64,000 nucleotides of DNA from Pocillopora damicornis (lineage: Eukaryota): NCBI RefSeq assembly GCF_003704095.1, contig NW_020843520.1, positions 124,001-188,000 on the forward strand. Reading direction: 5' to 3'. Under the pieces are notes generated by a model. That model was not told the origin of the DNA. It made no database searches and worked only from the letters and a program-made list of their open reading frames with translations. Positions 39,885 through 53,400 of the stretch are shown here, one piece after another (the stretch's first letter is position 1; every line of letters starts with the position of its first letter). The translations under genes and the position numbers were made by a program.

Positions 39885-41407
39885 TTATGCAAATGCATCG
39901 GCCTCGTTATCTGAAACACTAAGTTCGATGGAGCAATCGATTTCGTGGCCAAGGTAGAACGTCATCACTTCTAACAACTTTGCATCAGTCTCATAATCAG
40001 CAGAGATACAGATGGCGTGCCACCGCTCTACAAAAGAGAGCTCCGAATCGGCGACATCTTTGTCCAAAGTTTGCAACGATTTTAGCCTTTCCTTCAGCAA
40101 ATTACGCTGTTCCTTTAAAACAAGGAGGTTTTCTTTGACACTCTCAGTTTTAACAGTTTTGTTTCCCTTCTCTTTAGATTTCCTCCAGACCTCGTCTCCG
40201 GCCTTAAACTCAGAGTGATCACCGAAGAAAGACTTTAAATAACATAGAAGAAAACCAGCCATTTCGTACTCTGGGGAGTTCTCATCGATTTCAGCATTAA
40301 CTTCATTGTAGGTGTCCATAATAACAGCCAGAATCATGTTGATAAGGAAAAATTGCATAGTTATCACAAACATAGCGAAAAACAAAGGACCGAGGACAGC
40401 CTCCGAATCGCTCAGCTCCATAAAGTATGCCTTCCCAAGCGTCATAGCCAGTGTAGTTTCACAGGTCGTTATGAAGTTGTTAAAACCTTCGACCCGGCTT
40501 CCGAAAACAACGTAAGCAAAGATATTAAAAGCAAAAATCGTGAGTAAGACTTCCATTCCCAGCGGTAGCAGCTCTACTGCGGCACGAGAAATTGTATGCG
40601 AAAGGACAGCAATGTGCCGGTTAAAGCTCAGCAGTTGGAGAAACTTTAACGTGGCGATGAATACTATGGCACCAATGACGTAAGTGCTAACTTCGTCCCA
40701 CTTCATTGCATAATGAAAGCTTACGAATACAAATGGGTTCTCCTGAACTTTTGCGATTGTCCAGTTTGCGTTCATCAGTCGGATGAAGAACAGTGCTATA
40801 GCAGAGATGGATAGCCCAATCTGCGCAGCATCGACAACATTCCAAGCCTTCTTGAAAAATCCTTTTCTCTCCCTAGAAATCTTCTTGCAAGCCACGTAGA
40901 GAGCTATTGCAACAGTCACAATGGCCACAAACTCACTAAATGCAACCGCTGCAGTCCAGGGGCCGATATGCTGATAAAGTCGGAAAGTGTCCACTTTCAA
41001 ATACGTTGAAGAGCCCCCGGTACCTGTAAACTCCACCAAGTAAGTAACACTGCTAAAAAGATTGGCTGGAGCATTGAACACACTAAGCTCGACAAAGATT
41101 GCACGTGTGAACTGATCAACCCATTTGTAGGTCTGTAAGTCACTTATCACTTCTCTAGCCTGCTCCATGAAGTAACCCAGGTCAGCAGTATATCCTCCGC
41201 CACTGTAAATCGTTTTACTACCCCAAAAAGGCAGTCCGTCCAGTTTTAGAGCTGTTTGGTATCGCCATGAAGCCGGACATGCCGAATAGCTCAAGTCGCC
41301 TTTTTTTATCCATCCAGGTAAATAGAAATCTTTTTCCTCGTCAATAACGGAGTAAGAACCACTGCAACTCATGTTTAGGTCTTGGGAGTATTCACTTTCA
41401 CAGTTTA
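39885..41407 (-). CDS. Terminal exon: TOP domain, PKD channel TMs and C-terminal coiled coil
   Basis: WRYQ...YSGGGY...[17 protein letters not shown]; WNVVD; LLSFNRHI; LGPLFF...[15 protein letters not shown]; heptad-like [23 protein letters not shown]; stop at 39885-39887. Confidence 0.9.
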
Positions 41408-44400
41408 CTTCAAATGGAAAAAAAAAGAAAGCTTCATTCTCTTGAGCAAATTAATGTAACAGCAACTAGTTTGTACTAGATATATTCCAAACGAATTCAA
41501 ATTCAATTAAATCTTGTCAACTTCTCCCAGCACAACGTTTTTTTAAACAAAAAAATAGTTGAAACAGTATATTAATCTCAGAAAAGCATTTCAAAAGCGT
41601 ACCTTTCTTGGACCTGAGTTGTCTAAGGCGTGGCATACCAATAATATACAAGTACTTGTCTTCAGTGAACCCATCTAATTTGTCCTCGTCACCGTTATAC
41701 CACTTTTTGTCGAAGACAAAAGGTAGCAAACCAGTTTCCAAGAAAGACCAAAGACTCCGGATATCGTTAGCCTAAGTAAATTAAAAATACATATTCGAAA
41801 AAAAGAAAAAAAGCCACTGCTTGTAATCACGTGGTAAACAAAACTTAGCACTTTTTCTCTTTTTTCATCTGTTTTCTCACAGATAAAATGGTGTGGTGCT
41901 ACAGCCAACAAGGAAAATAAAGCTTTGGCAGGCCATATAGGGGCAAGATACATAAGTTATTGATAGAGTGATCTGATCGTTCGAGTGAGTGTAGTACTGA
42001 GAAAGTATGTTATCATAACGTCAGTCTCTATTACCGACAGCAGTCCTTCTAGTCTTACACTCAGACTATACTCTCTTATGTCACCGATGAAATGGGGTAA
42101 TTTTCTAAAGAAACTGTGGCGCTGAGTCGTTGGGAGAGTATAACTGAATAATTTAGTATTATCAACTTATTGATAACGTAGATTGGCCACCGTAAAGAGT
42201 TTAAAGTTGACGTTTCGAGCGTTAGCTCCTCGTTAGCCCTTCGCTCTGACGAAAGGCGGACGCCCGAAACGTCAGCTTTGAAACTCTTTGCGGTGGCCAA
42301 TTTACGTTATCAACTCAGTTGATAATATCAATTTCCCCTATCACATGCTACCCCAAGTTTAAACCATTTACCATGATACATTAACGAACAGCAACATCTA
42401 ACGTACAAGCCAACATCCCGTAAGCAACCACCTTGATTGCCGTCAAGTGGCACTTTCTCGTACGAGAACTTACAGGATAAGGTTAGACTATAAAAAGTGA
42501 AATGGCATTTAAGGCGGAAAACGTCATGCTGGACATAAACGAGCAATTTCGTTGTAGGCAGCTTTTTTAAATCCTTTTTTCATCGTTCTTATCCTAACTA
42601 ATAGTTTAGCGTTGCTACACCGTACCTGTTCACCGAACACGTATCTCAGATATCTGCTCTGAGTGAAAGCATCTGGGTCTCTCGTGGAATAACTTATCAC
42701 CAGCAACGACGATAGAAATAGCAGATGCAAGATATTTTCCCTCAGTATCCTGAAAGCTTTCAACTCGTTCAATTTGTACTTCCTGGCCTTCTCCACTAGG
42801 GTCTCGTCTGGAGGTTTAGACATAAAGAGTGGTCTTTTTATTGCCTCTTCTCTGTCAAATGCGGTTGGTTTGGGGTCTACAATGCTTGTTTTCCTACCCG
42901 CAAATGGCCCTTCTGTAAAGTCGCTGGGTAGTTTCTTCAAAATTGATGAGATAACTAGAGCGGCGAGGAAGATTTTTAAGGGCTGTGTTATAAATGCGTC
43001 CTGGAAAAATGATACAAGCATGGATGAGAGCCACTTGTTGGATATTTCCTTTCCCCACTGCATACTGTAAAACAAAGTAAATAATGCTGCAGTCATCACT
43101 ATCAGAAAGCACAGAGGATACGCTATGTAGATCAACCAGTGAGGCAAGCGTCCACCTGAAGTTTCCTGGATTGGTTCCATCGGAGCATCTTTGTCTGACC
43201 ATTCATCGCTGACGAACACTGCGTTTCTTCGGAAGGGAAATGGCCTTTTATATTTTGAACTGGTTGTTTTCTTTTGCTTTAGATTACGAAATATTTGCAA
43301 GACTATGATGTTGATTGGGAGCGCAATGAGACTGCTCTGAATTCCAATTATGATCTGCTTGAGACTCAATGAAAATGGTCCAATGGAAACAGTGGAATCG
43401 TCTGACTTGTTTCCAATGTTGTAAAACATTGCGTTTGTTATCATTGCACTAAATAGAAGTGACATACAACAGGTCAATCTCTGGACACGAGTGAAGTTAC
43501 TCTTAGATGGTTTACCTACAACAGAGATCCAAAGGTGGCCATCAAATATGTCTTTAGATGTCTTGGTACGGAAAAGGATCCCAAAACTTGTTAGTTCCTT
43601 TTTGTCGCTTACTGGTATAACTCTCCTTACTGAACCGTCTCCTCTCTCTAGGGCGAGCCAATGGTCACACGCAAAAATGTACTGTTCCCTTGTTTTATTT
43701 TCGCGAATGATAACATAACTGAGATACCAAGAAGAATTTATGCCTGACAAATCATGCCATACCGTAAGGTAGAGCAATTTTCCAAGATTCTCAGGAATTG
43801 AAACGAGGAATTCATTCGTCGATCCTCTGGTGAAAAGAGATTTGTTTTCATCCCTTAGTGCGATGGGGTTGCTTTCGCCATCCTCGCCCACCAGGACTAT
43901 GAAGACATTGGCTGTTGTACCAGAGCCTCGCCATGAGCCAGTTTGGATTATAATCTCATAGCTGTTTAGGGGTACACCTTCGTGGGTTTGAATTGTCGTA
44001 GGAATGCCCTATAATGGCAAGACAATTATTAATGATTATATCAATTGAAATGCGCCACATTCTCATAAATATCCACGATTACATTTTGCGCTGCTATGTT
44101 CTAAAAAATTCTCACAAGATGATTTATTACTGCAACCTTGTACAATACATTTTAAGACCATACATGAGTCGATGAGGTACTCACTATTTCTAAGCGATCG
44201 TCACGTACCACTTTTAGAGCTGTTAAATTAAGACAACTGGAAATATATTTCGCTTCGGTAGGACGTTCTGTTGAAAAGTTGCACTTCTTGGGAGTTACTT
44301 TCAATGTCACCTCTAAAAATTAAAGCCTCTGAGAAAACAAAGGATTTTGGGAGAATCCTAATAAAAAGTTTGATTCTAGAATATTTACTGGTTTCATCGT

Positions 44401-47400
44401 CGATTTAGAAGTACTGAAAGCTTTCAAATTCAACTTTGTTCAATTTTGCATCGTTTCTCTTACTTATAACATAGCCATACCCAAAAGGTTAAGGACCAAC
44501 TTACAATAAGTTCATCCCGCTTGTCCATTCTTCTCAGACACAATACCATCAAAATATAGATGGCGAATGCTGTCACAATAGTTGCCAGCACAGCAACATT
44601 GTCGGACAAATTTTTGAAGCCCTCGAAAACTTTATCAAAGTCTATAGGATTTGGAGCTTGGATGAACCCTCCTCCAAAAGAAGTCAGATGAGTACATAGA
44701 CAATGGACTTGGTCAATTCGGGTCTTGTTTCCAACCTATGAGTAAAAATTATTCATGTATTGTCTGAATATCTTCAATTTTATTCCAGTAATTACCATCG
44801 ACCAAGTTATAACTTCAGAAGCAAAAACATTTTTTATCCTATTGGGACTCTGCCTCACGTCACTTACACCTGTGTATTGCATTATATCATGTCCCATCTC
44901 CTACCATTACATGTGGGTATCGAAAAGTATAGAAACCATTCTTTCCTAATTGAGATAGACCTTTTGAAGCTCGAGGAAGCTCGAAACGAAAGCTCGAAAC
45001 GAAAGGCGACCAAATAAGTTTTGGAGTTGACGATGCTTCATTCCCAAACGCGATGCGAATCATGGCTAAAAACAAAACTTAGCTTTCTGACTTCAACCGA
45101 GGATTTGCGAAGTTGGGGACTCTTTATTGGAACGGTAAATATTATTTTGAAGTGTTGCTTTGTTCCAAAAGTGTTGTTCAATGAATAATTTTGTTTTGAA
45201 ATCGTAAAATTTTCATAATTTTCAATACAAAGCTACGCAGTTTTCTGGTCGTAAATTCTACTACAAAAAAAAGAAAAACATTTAAGCAGGCTAAATCTAC
45301 CACGCGGGTCTCGAAAATGTTCGAACACTTTACTGACCATGAATTATGGTAAGCAATTCAAGCATGCTGAGTCTACTACGCAGTCTCGTGCATGCAAGAT
45401 GTTCGCTCGTTTTTCGCTCCTGAACAGAATATTTACAATACTATTCTTTGAATAGAGATTTTGTCTCGAAACATATTCTCTTATTTGTAGTTTTCAGGTA
45501 GAACACGGTCACCTAATAAGCTAGATACTGTTGTGATAAAAATTTTTTTTCGAGCACAACTTGTGTCTGCATGCTATGTCTTAATAAAATCGGTTCGTGC
45601 TTTAGCTATGCGTCTATTGAGTTACGGATGCACTTGGGAAGTTTGGAGAGCATTCACAAAGCGACTGCGCCTCGAGCAATTCTTTCGTTTCTCTCGTGCT
45701 CTCCAAACTTCCTGCGTGCATCCATAACTCGAAATACGCACACAAAACATGGACCAATTCTTTTATTGAAATTTATAATAAGTTTCAATATAACGCACCC
45801 ACTGATTTGTTGAAAAAGTGTACTTTATGAGAGTGAACGGTAAGTGGCGATAAGCCATGATGAGGTGACTTTTTCATATATTGCTTCGGGATTTTAACGA
45901 ATTTGACCCAAATGAAACGTTCACTCAGCCAAACACAGATTGTACAATTAATAATCAGTCGAGTCAGATATATGTTAGGCAGTTTTGAAACTACACTTAA
46001 CCTACAAGTCTTGATGGGTTCTTTATAACAAAGAAATGAAAAAGCTTCGACTGTACTCAGCTCTTAAGTCCCTCTAGTAAGTAGTAGGACACCTTGGCAG
46101 CAGTAAAGCCCTCAAGAAAAGGGAATCGGAAACACTCACCCATGTCTCATGCTTCCCCGTAAATTTTTATCATGCTCTTGCCTCGTAGGCGCTTCACAAC
46201 AGAACCGAGCACACTAGTGGCCTCTTTTTTCGTTAATCATAACATCATGTATCATGTCAGGCGATAACGTTGTGGTTATTGATAAATACCAAATACCAAG
46301 TTCGGCAAGGACACATGTTAATGCGCCTTTGAAATTCTTTCGAAAGAAATGTTCCTCATTTTGAAGATAACTCAGCCTCGAGCTTCAAAAATTATAACTC
46401 TAGTAGGTCGCAAGCGGATCCCTTGAATCGGCTACAAAATTTTAGTTCTGCGACTGTACCACGAGTCAATCAATAATGACGACATGTATAACAATAGTAC
46501 TTACCTTACATCCCTTTGAAGACCATGTCTCGTTCTTGACATCCCAGAATTTACATGGTGATGTAAAACTGTTAACTGTATAATTGACGCCTTTATCAGC
46601 ATCGTAGACGGGTACTTGAAGTTTGTATTCCCCCCGAGGATCAGTCGTTGGTCGAGGTGGAGGATCTTTATAAGTTATACAAGAGCGTTTGATTCGAGCG
46701 CCATCGAAACAAGACCTCCGCATGCGAGACCGTGTACCATTTGATGCCCGATAACTTCTGATACCCAGGTAATATTCGCCAGATCTTGGTATAGATGATC
46801 CGCTTATGAATACCATGTAAGGATCATACTCGCAGGTCTCACGGCTGCCATCAAGAACGCTGCATGACGAAAAGTCTGGCAAAACAGTGACTAAGTTATG
46901 GTCTCTCATCTCGGGACGCTCCTGATAGCCCCAATAGATCGCAAAAAATACATCGTTTTTGCTAGGTTTTATCCGAAAACTCATTGGGTGTTCCACGTTT
47001 GTGATGTCAAATTTATGATAACGAATACTGCCGTTGCCTCCGTTCATGAATGCTGGTGATGGTTCCGGAAGCAACTTTATGTTTTGGGGTATAATCAGGC
47101 TGATTTCATTTTTAAGAGAAGATACGTTTAATTCAGTTTTTTTTTCGTCTTTGAGCATAACCGTGAGAATGTGGGAAGAAATGGTCGAAGCTGTGCTGTC
47201 CCACGTAAATGGGTTGGTAGGAAAAACAAGTACCTATAAATAAAATGTAAAGAGTCAGTAAATGTATCTGGCTATTAGCTTTACAATTGGGAAAATGCCA
47301 ATTACATAATTTTTTTTAAAAAACAAAAATAAACAAGAAAGGGTGGCAATTAAAATATAGAGTGTAGGAGAAGAATGAAGGTAAATGGTTTATGATTTCC

Positions 47401-50400
47401 CTACTCCTACTCACCTTTTTCATTCACGTTTCCTCTATTCCCTGAGATATGACCACTTTACTCAGTTCAACGTTTTGCCTGCCCTCGGTTCAATGACAAA
47501 CTTAAACAATCGATGTAACTAATATGAAAATCATAATGGATACCTGTAAATCCACGTATCCACTGGCCGAAATTCCACCGAATACCTCTGTAAGGTTAGG
47601 CAAGTGTACAGACACTTGGCCATTCCCAACGGTGTGTTCGCCAACTATGTCCGATCTCATCTTCTGTAGAACCATTGACATTCGAGGTACAGACATAATC
47701 AGAGGTTCTTCTCCAAGAATCGTTAAAGAACTCAACACATCAGTAACATTACCCAAAGTTGCCATGGTATCAAGCGCAATTACCCTTGCCTAGTAACAAT
47801 TAGAGAAATGTCGAGAGTTAAAAAACTGACAGACAGGTTACTTAAAGGTTTTCAATGAGTTAGAATAGGAGTATTTGTATTGGATGTAATGTAAGTGAAA
47901 GACTGTTCCCATTTGTTGCTTAGTGAACGAAACCATTGTTAAGGGTAGTTGTTAAGGTCATTCCCATTCCCTATTAGAATCAAGATTATTTCACGATTAA
48001 ACGAAACGAAGGAGAGAACTTTGAATTCCATAAAATTCTATTGCACTGTAACGGGATTAGCTTCTCTATGCGTTGTGGTGAGTTGTTCTTTGATTCAAAA
48101 TGTCTGATTTATGAAGAACATCATCTACTCAACATACCTTTTCTACAGTATCATTAGAATACGGTTGCGAGTCCTGAGAAGGATATTCCCCGTCAAGTCG
48201 AGCCGAATCGCTGGACGCCATGATGACATTGACTAAGCCCGCTCCTACTATGATGGCTGTGTCGTTGATGAGACTTGTGGAAGTTGCCTTGTCATGCGAT
48301 TTTTTATTGATCAAATCCGCCATGTCTTTAAAAGATTTGAGACTAATTTCCTGAAATTTCAGAACAGTATCACGAATGGTATGCACTTTGTTTGAGGACT
48401 TCAATGCTTCAATCAAATCGTTCATACAAGTAGCGAAGTATAGACAGTAAAAAAAAAACCTCGTGAATGTGAGATCCTAAATGGGAAAGCAATGGACAAT
48501 AACACAATCATCTCGATTTCCTCCAGTTGTTTCATGTTTCAATACTTGTAAACCCACAAAACAACGTGCCTTTCGTTTGCTGTTTCTTACCTGAATATCA
48601 ACAGGAACCTCGTCTCTAATTAGGGTCACTTGATTTAAGGCTGATCCCAACTGCTTCACATCAGAGAGAGACGATGCTGTTTTATTTGCAAGAACAGTTG
48701 CCATCGTCGCTCTTAACTAAGAAATACAAGACCTTGAGCTGATCAGTCACATATTGTCGTTAAAAGGATGGAATTTTTAATCACTTGTCACGTTCACGAG
48801 GTATATCAAGCTGTGATCCAGATTTCAACGTTTCTGAGTCTACGTTGGGAGACGAAATAAATTAACTGATCATCATTATCTAATTTTCCCAGACCATAGA
48901 CATGCAACAGGATTCAGAGCAATTGGACGAAACCTAAGTATGGTAGTTTAAAATTCAAAATTTCAGGCTCCTCCAGTACGACAGCAAAAGACGAAGAAAA
49001 TAATTTCATCTAGACTCCTAAAAATGCATTAAAATAGTATTTAACAGAAATGATGAAAGATTAAAGAACAACTCAAGCTTGCTACTACCTAGTCGGTGCT
49101 AATGTTTAATAACTCAAAAGGACATTAAAACGGTATAGAGAAACTAAAGGCCTCACTTGTTTGCGTTCCTCTTTCTCTGTGGTTCCATTTTGCAATGCAA
49201 AGGCATTTAGAACGGAGGCGATCGCATTCATCTCACGAGTGGCTTCCTGTGTCTTTCCCTCTTCCATTAGTGAAGACAACGACTTAATTGCGAAGTTCTG
49301 GAACTTTGATAAAGTCTCATTTTGTTTGTTTGTACCGAGAAATACCTGGAATTAAGCGGATAACAGATGAAACTAGTAGTACTTCCTTGAACCAATAGAA
49401 AAAAAACAACACCAATTTATTATGGAAAATGATATTTGTGAAACAAACAAATAGTTAGATGATATACTGTGGAAAATATTTGTACATTTGACCATCTCAT
49501 TCGGATTCTACATGACACTTTTAGAGCGATGCTGTGTACAGTCTGAAGTGGTAAATTGTTCGCCCGCTCATGCAAATGAAGTGGGGTGAAGTGCCTTCCC
49601 CAGCGAGTTCTTTCAATTTCTTATACTTAAGGAGTAAAAGCTATTTCCTGCTGTGATCACTTTTCCATAAAATAAGTGGACAAGCGACACTTTATGTCCT
49701 AATTTGAAGATGAATTTCTCATCAAATAGACGGTAATCCGCGTTGCAATCATTCACGATGGGTCCATCTAGGCTATTTTCGTATTATCAACTTAGTTAAT
49801 AATACTAAATTACCCTGTTATACATACAGTAGTTATTTAACAGGTTAACTCAATCTAGACCAAGAAGTCGCACAACAACATCTCCTCTTAATATAGAATT
49901 AACGTTAACCAAGCGAATATCAGACGGCAAAATCTAACTGATTTTAAATAGTCACCAAATTTGATAAAATAAGAAAATACAAAGTGTATTGTGGAGCAGT
50001 ATTAAGACCCGTGGGTCTTTCCCAAATAGCATTATGTTTAATTTGTAATGGCAAATATACAAAGGCTGAAACCTTGTTTTTTAGCCAGGTTCAGATAAAC
50101 ACAAATGATATATATGTATGTCCTACAAAGAATGTCCATTTTGTTTTCTCGTTGAGGAATTTTCGTCTCTGTTCACGTTATTATAGTGTCAATTACGGCG
50201 CTTGGTATGTTTACAAACTTTTGTTGGTTCTTCTGGTACTACTTGCCGGCTATGTATCCGAACCGCATTATGAAAACAGATAAATCTAAAACTATAAAAA
50301 GCAAACATTGGAAGAACAAGATGGTGGTCCAACGAAATTATTTCCTTACTAGTACATCCAGTACAAGGAATAATCACGACTTAATGGCAAAGCCTTTTTT

Positions 50401-53400
50401 TCCGGACAATCAATTTCCTGTTTACATACCTGGACGTCGATTTTTGTGGTGTTGTATGTGCCGTGAGCATCGATTACTTTCACTTGCAAGTTCAAGGTAA
50501 AGTTCTTTTCCACATCACCGAGTGGTAACTTGGTAACAAAAACAGGTGAAATATCATCATACAAGAGAAACACGACCCCGTAACGCGTGTAATACATAAA
50601 CTCGTACGACAATGGAAGATCTTCGTCAGCCCATTCCTTGCACTGGAACAAAAACGAAGTCTTGTCTGAATAGCCTTCAGATTTGTCAACAAAGCAACTT
50701 CCACCACGAGGTGGGATATTGACATAGAAGTCCAACTCACTGTATCCATCCGCTCGACCATGCATCATTCCAATAACAGACACCTTGTAAGACCTCCCAG
50801 GCTTAAGAGTGTTCTCAAGGAAATAGATATGATTAACATTTGATGCATCGGTATCTTTGAATTTCGTCCAGGCAAATGTTTCTCCTTCTTCAATTTTCTC
50901 GTAGACACTCCATTGGTATCTTTCTTGTAAAGTGTTAAGTGATTCCAAGGGGTCAATTTGGGCTTCTAGGAGAAATCTTTCCGCAGCGTTAACAGTTGCA
51001 CCACAGTTCCGTTTGCACCTAGTGAATACATTTATTTCAAAGTCACGTGAAACATGTGGTCGTCTGTTATAGTGATATTTTTAAGGAATTAACTGTTCAG
51101 CTAAAAAGGTACACTCTACAGATGGTGAACTCTTCAGAGCGAATTTTACATTAGATACAATCAATCTTTACCACAGTATCTCTACCTCTAGTTTTTTTTT
51201 TTTTAATTCAAATTCAATAACTAGCCCAAGGAAAAGCCTTAGGAAAAATTATATAGTAAATTATGATCGTATGGAATTTAAAATAGAAATTGAACTAAGC
51301 TTTGGTTTATTGACAGGACGTATCACAAAAAAACTTGCTTATAAACTCGAAATATGATAGTGCTTTGAAGGTATCTTCTTACCTGATTTTGATAACTGGT
51401 GGATCTCCATCGACAATCTTTACCACCTGAGTAAAGCTTGAGATTCGAAAGTGATTATTCACTGTCTTGGAGACAAAAAGGGCCACTGCATAGGAAGAAT
51501 GCAACCCAAGTGTGCCTGTGTGAATTTCAATGGACGATCCGCCCTTCATTAAAGTTCCGTTTCTTGATCTATGGCAGAAAGTGGATGCATTGTAATCAGA
51601 GACATTAAGAAGGTAAGTTTCGCTTGTCATGGACATTAAATCTTCCTGTATTTCCCAGGAAGCATTTTGACAAAGCCAGTAGTACTGTAAATTGGGTTCA
51701 GCGTCATCAGGGTCACGGGAATCCGAACCGTCCAGTAAGTAGGGCTTACCAAAGGCTTTTTGAATGAGACTCCCTCCTTCGATTATTGCTATCAAAACAT
51801 TGCCTTGTATTTCAATGAAGCCTTCTTCAATGCTGTACACATCGTATTGTTCTCTCATACTGACATTACACCTAATCATATATACACCATATGTCAAGGT
51901 CTTTTTCTGTATAGTTAGCTCCTCGAGTTTCTTGTTGTCTGGGTTAAGAACGGTATGGGCTCCAGATTTATCCTTTGGCAAAGATGACACCTCAGAAACA
52001 GTCCAAATGATATCTTTTTGATCAGTTGCCTTGCAATCGATTTTCGTAATAAAAACACGAAAACGAACCACCTGTAATGGAGTGAACACTGTTCGAGAAT
52101 TTATATCTTTTTTAAACTCTGGTACTGTTATGGTGGGAAAATTGCAAGGTATTTTTACCACAAGGGCTTTGTCCTGTAGGAAGGAACGAGAAACACGATT
52201 CCACGCTGTCACGCTTACATCATAACTTCCCAACGAAGAGTAGTTGTAGTTGATAGAAAAATAATTTCCAGCGAAGCCTAAGAATCGTACCGATACGTTT
52301 TCATGGCTGCAGTCTTCGTGACCAAACCCAAAAAATGTTCCATCACCAAGATTAACAACAAAGCAGGAATTCGTTCCTCTTTCTTCTGTTGATATGTTAA
52401 AAACTACCATTTCATCGATTTGCCTCGGGCAGTTGTTGGTGAAAGTTAGGCTTTTAATTGCTTGCTGTACCGTAACAGTTGCTTTTTGGACTATAAAGCC
52501 AAAGTTGTTTGAGCAGTTAATGTTTACGTTGAAAACATTTATTGTTTTGTAAACATGGTAGATCAATGAACTGTTTTGAAAAGAAGATGTTTGAATGAAA
52601 CTCCCATCTCCAAAATACCAAAAGCATAGATACGGAAACCCTTCACTGACATTTAGGATCATCAATGCCGGCTCTGTAACGTTGGCTGAAGAAACCTCTA
52701 GAGTTGCATTACCAAGTGAAAAGACTTTTCGGACATTTATAACAGTTCGTACCTGATACGCACTTATATTGTTGTAAACAATTACGCTAATATTTTTCAG
52801 TCCACTTTGCGGATAATTGTACACCAATTCTGTTGATCTTTGTGTAAGATTTATTCCATCGCCCAAAATAAACAAAAATTCCGGGTTAGAACCATCAGAT
52901 ACATTCAATTTTATTTCAATACTGTCATTCTGGTATATGTTATCAAAGGGCCCAAGATTCTTGATAAGCAAACACGAAACATTGACTGGAATTTCAACTA
53001 TAATTTGTTCAGATATTGTGATGCTGTTCAACTCATTCATGGCCATTATGATGACGTAGAATACTCCCAGGCCAGTGTAGATATGAGAATTATTTCTCTG
53101 TAGGACTTTTTGAACAGAAGAAAATGAATAAGTTTCTGTCGAGTTGTCTCCATAATCGATCGAAAAACGAACCATTGAACCCGTATCGATTTTCCAATAA
53201 ATTAAAAAAGTATCCCTAAATGAAATTGCGTTAACTTTTTTGTTCACCACAAAACCTGTAATAGCATCCTGCACCAGGATAAGGCGTCTCGTTATGGTGT
53301 GATTTTTAGCTTGTAAAACTAGTTCCACAAAGCCAGTTTTGTTGTAAATATGTTCAATTTCGCAGAGCGATGTGTTGGTTACGTTGCAATCCCCAAAATC

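Noticed and set aside
40012-53103. Plus-strand ORFs overlapping the polycystin exons (e.g. 40012, 42774, 51764, 52817)
   Set aside because: They are antisense shadows of real coding exons with no recognisable domains or splice structure.
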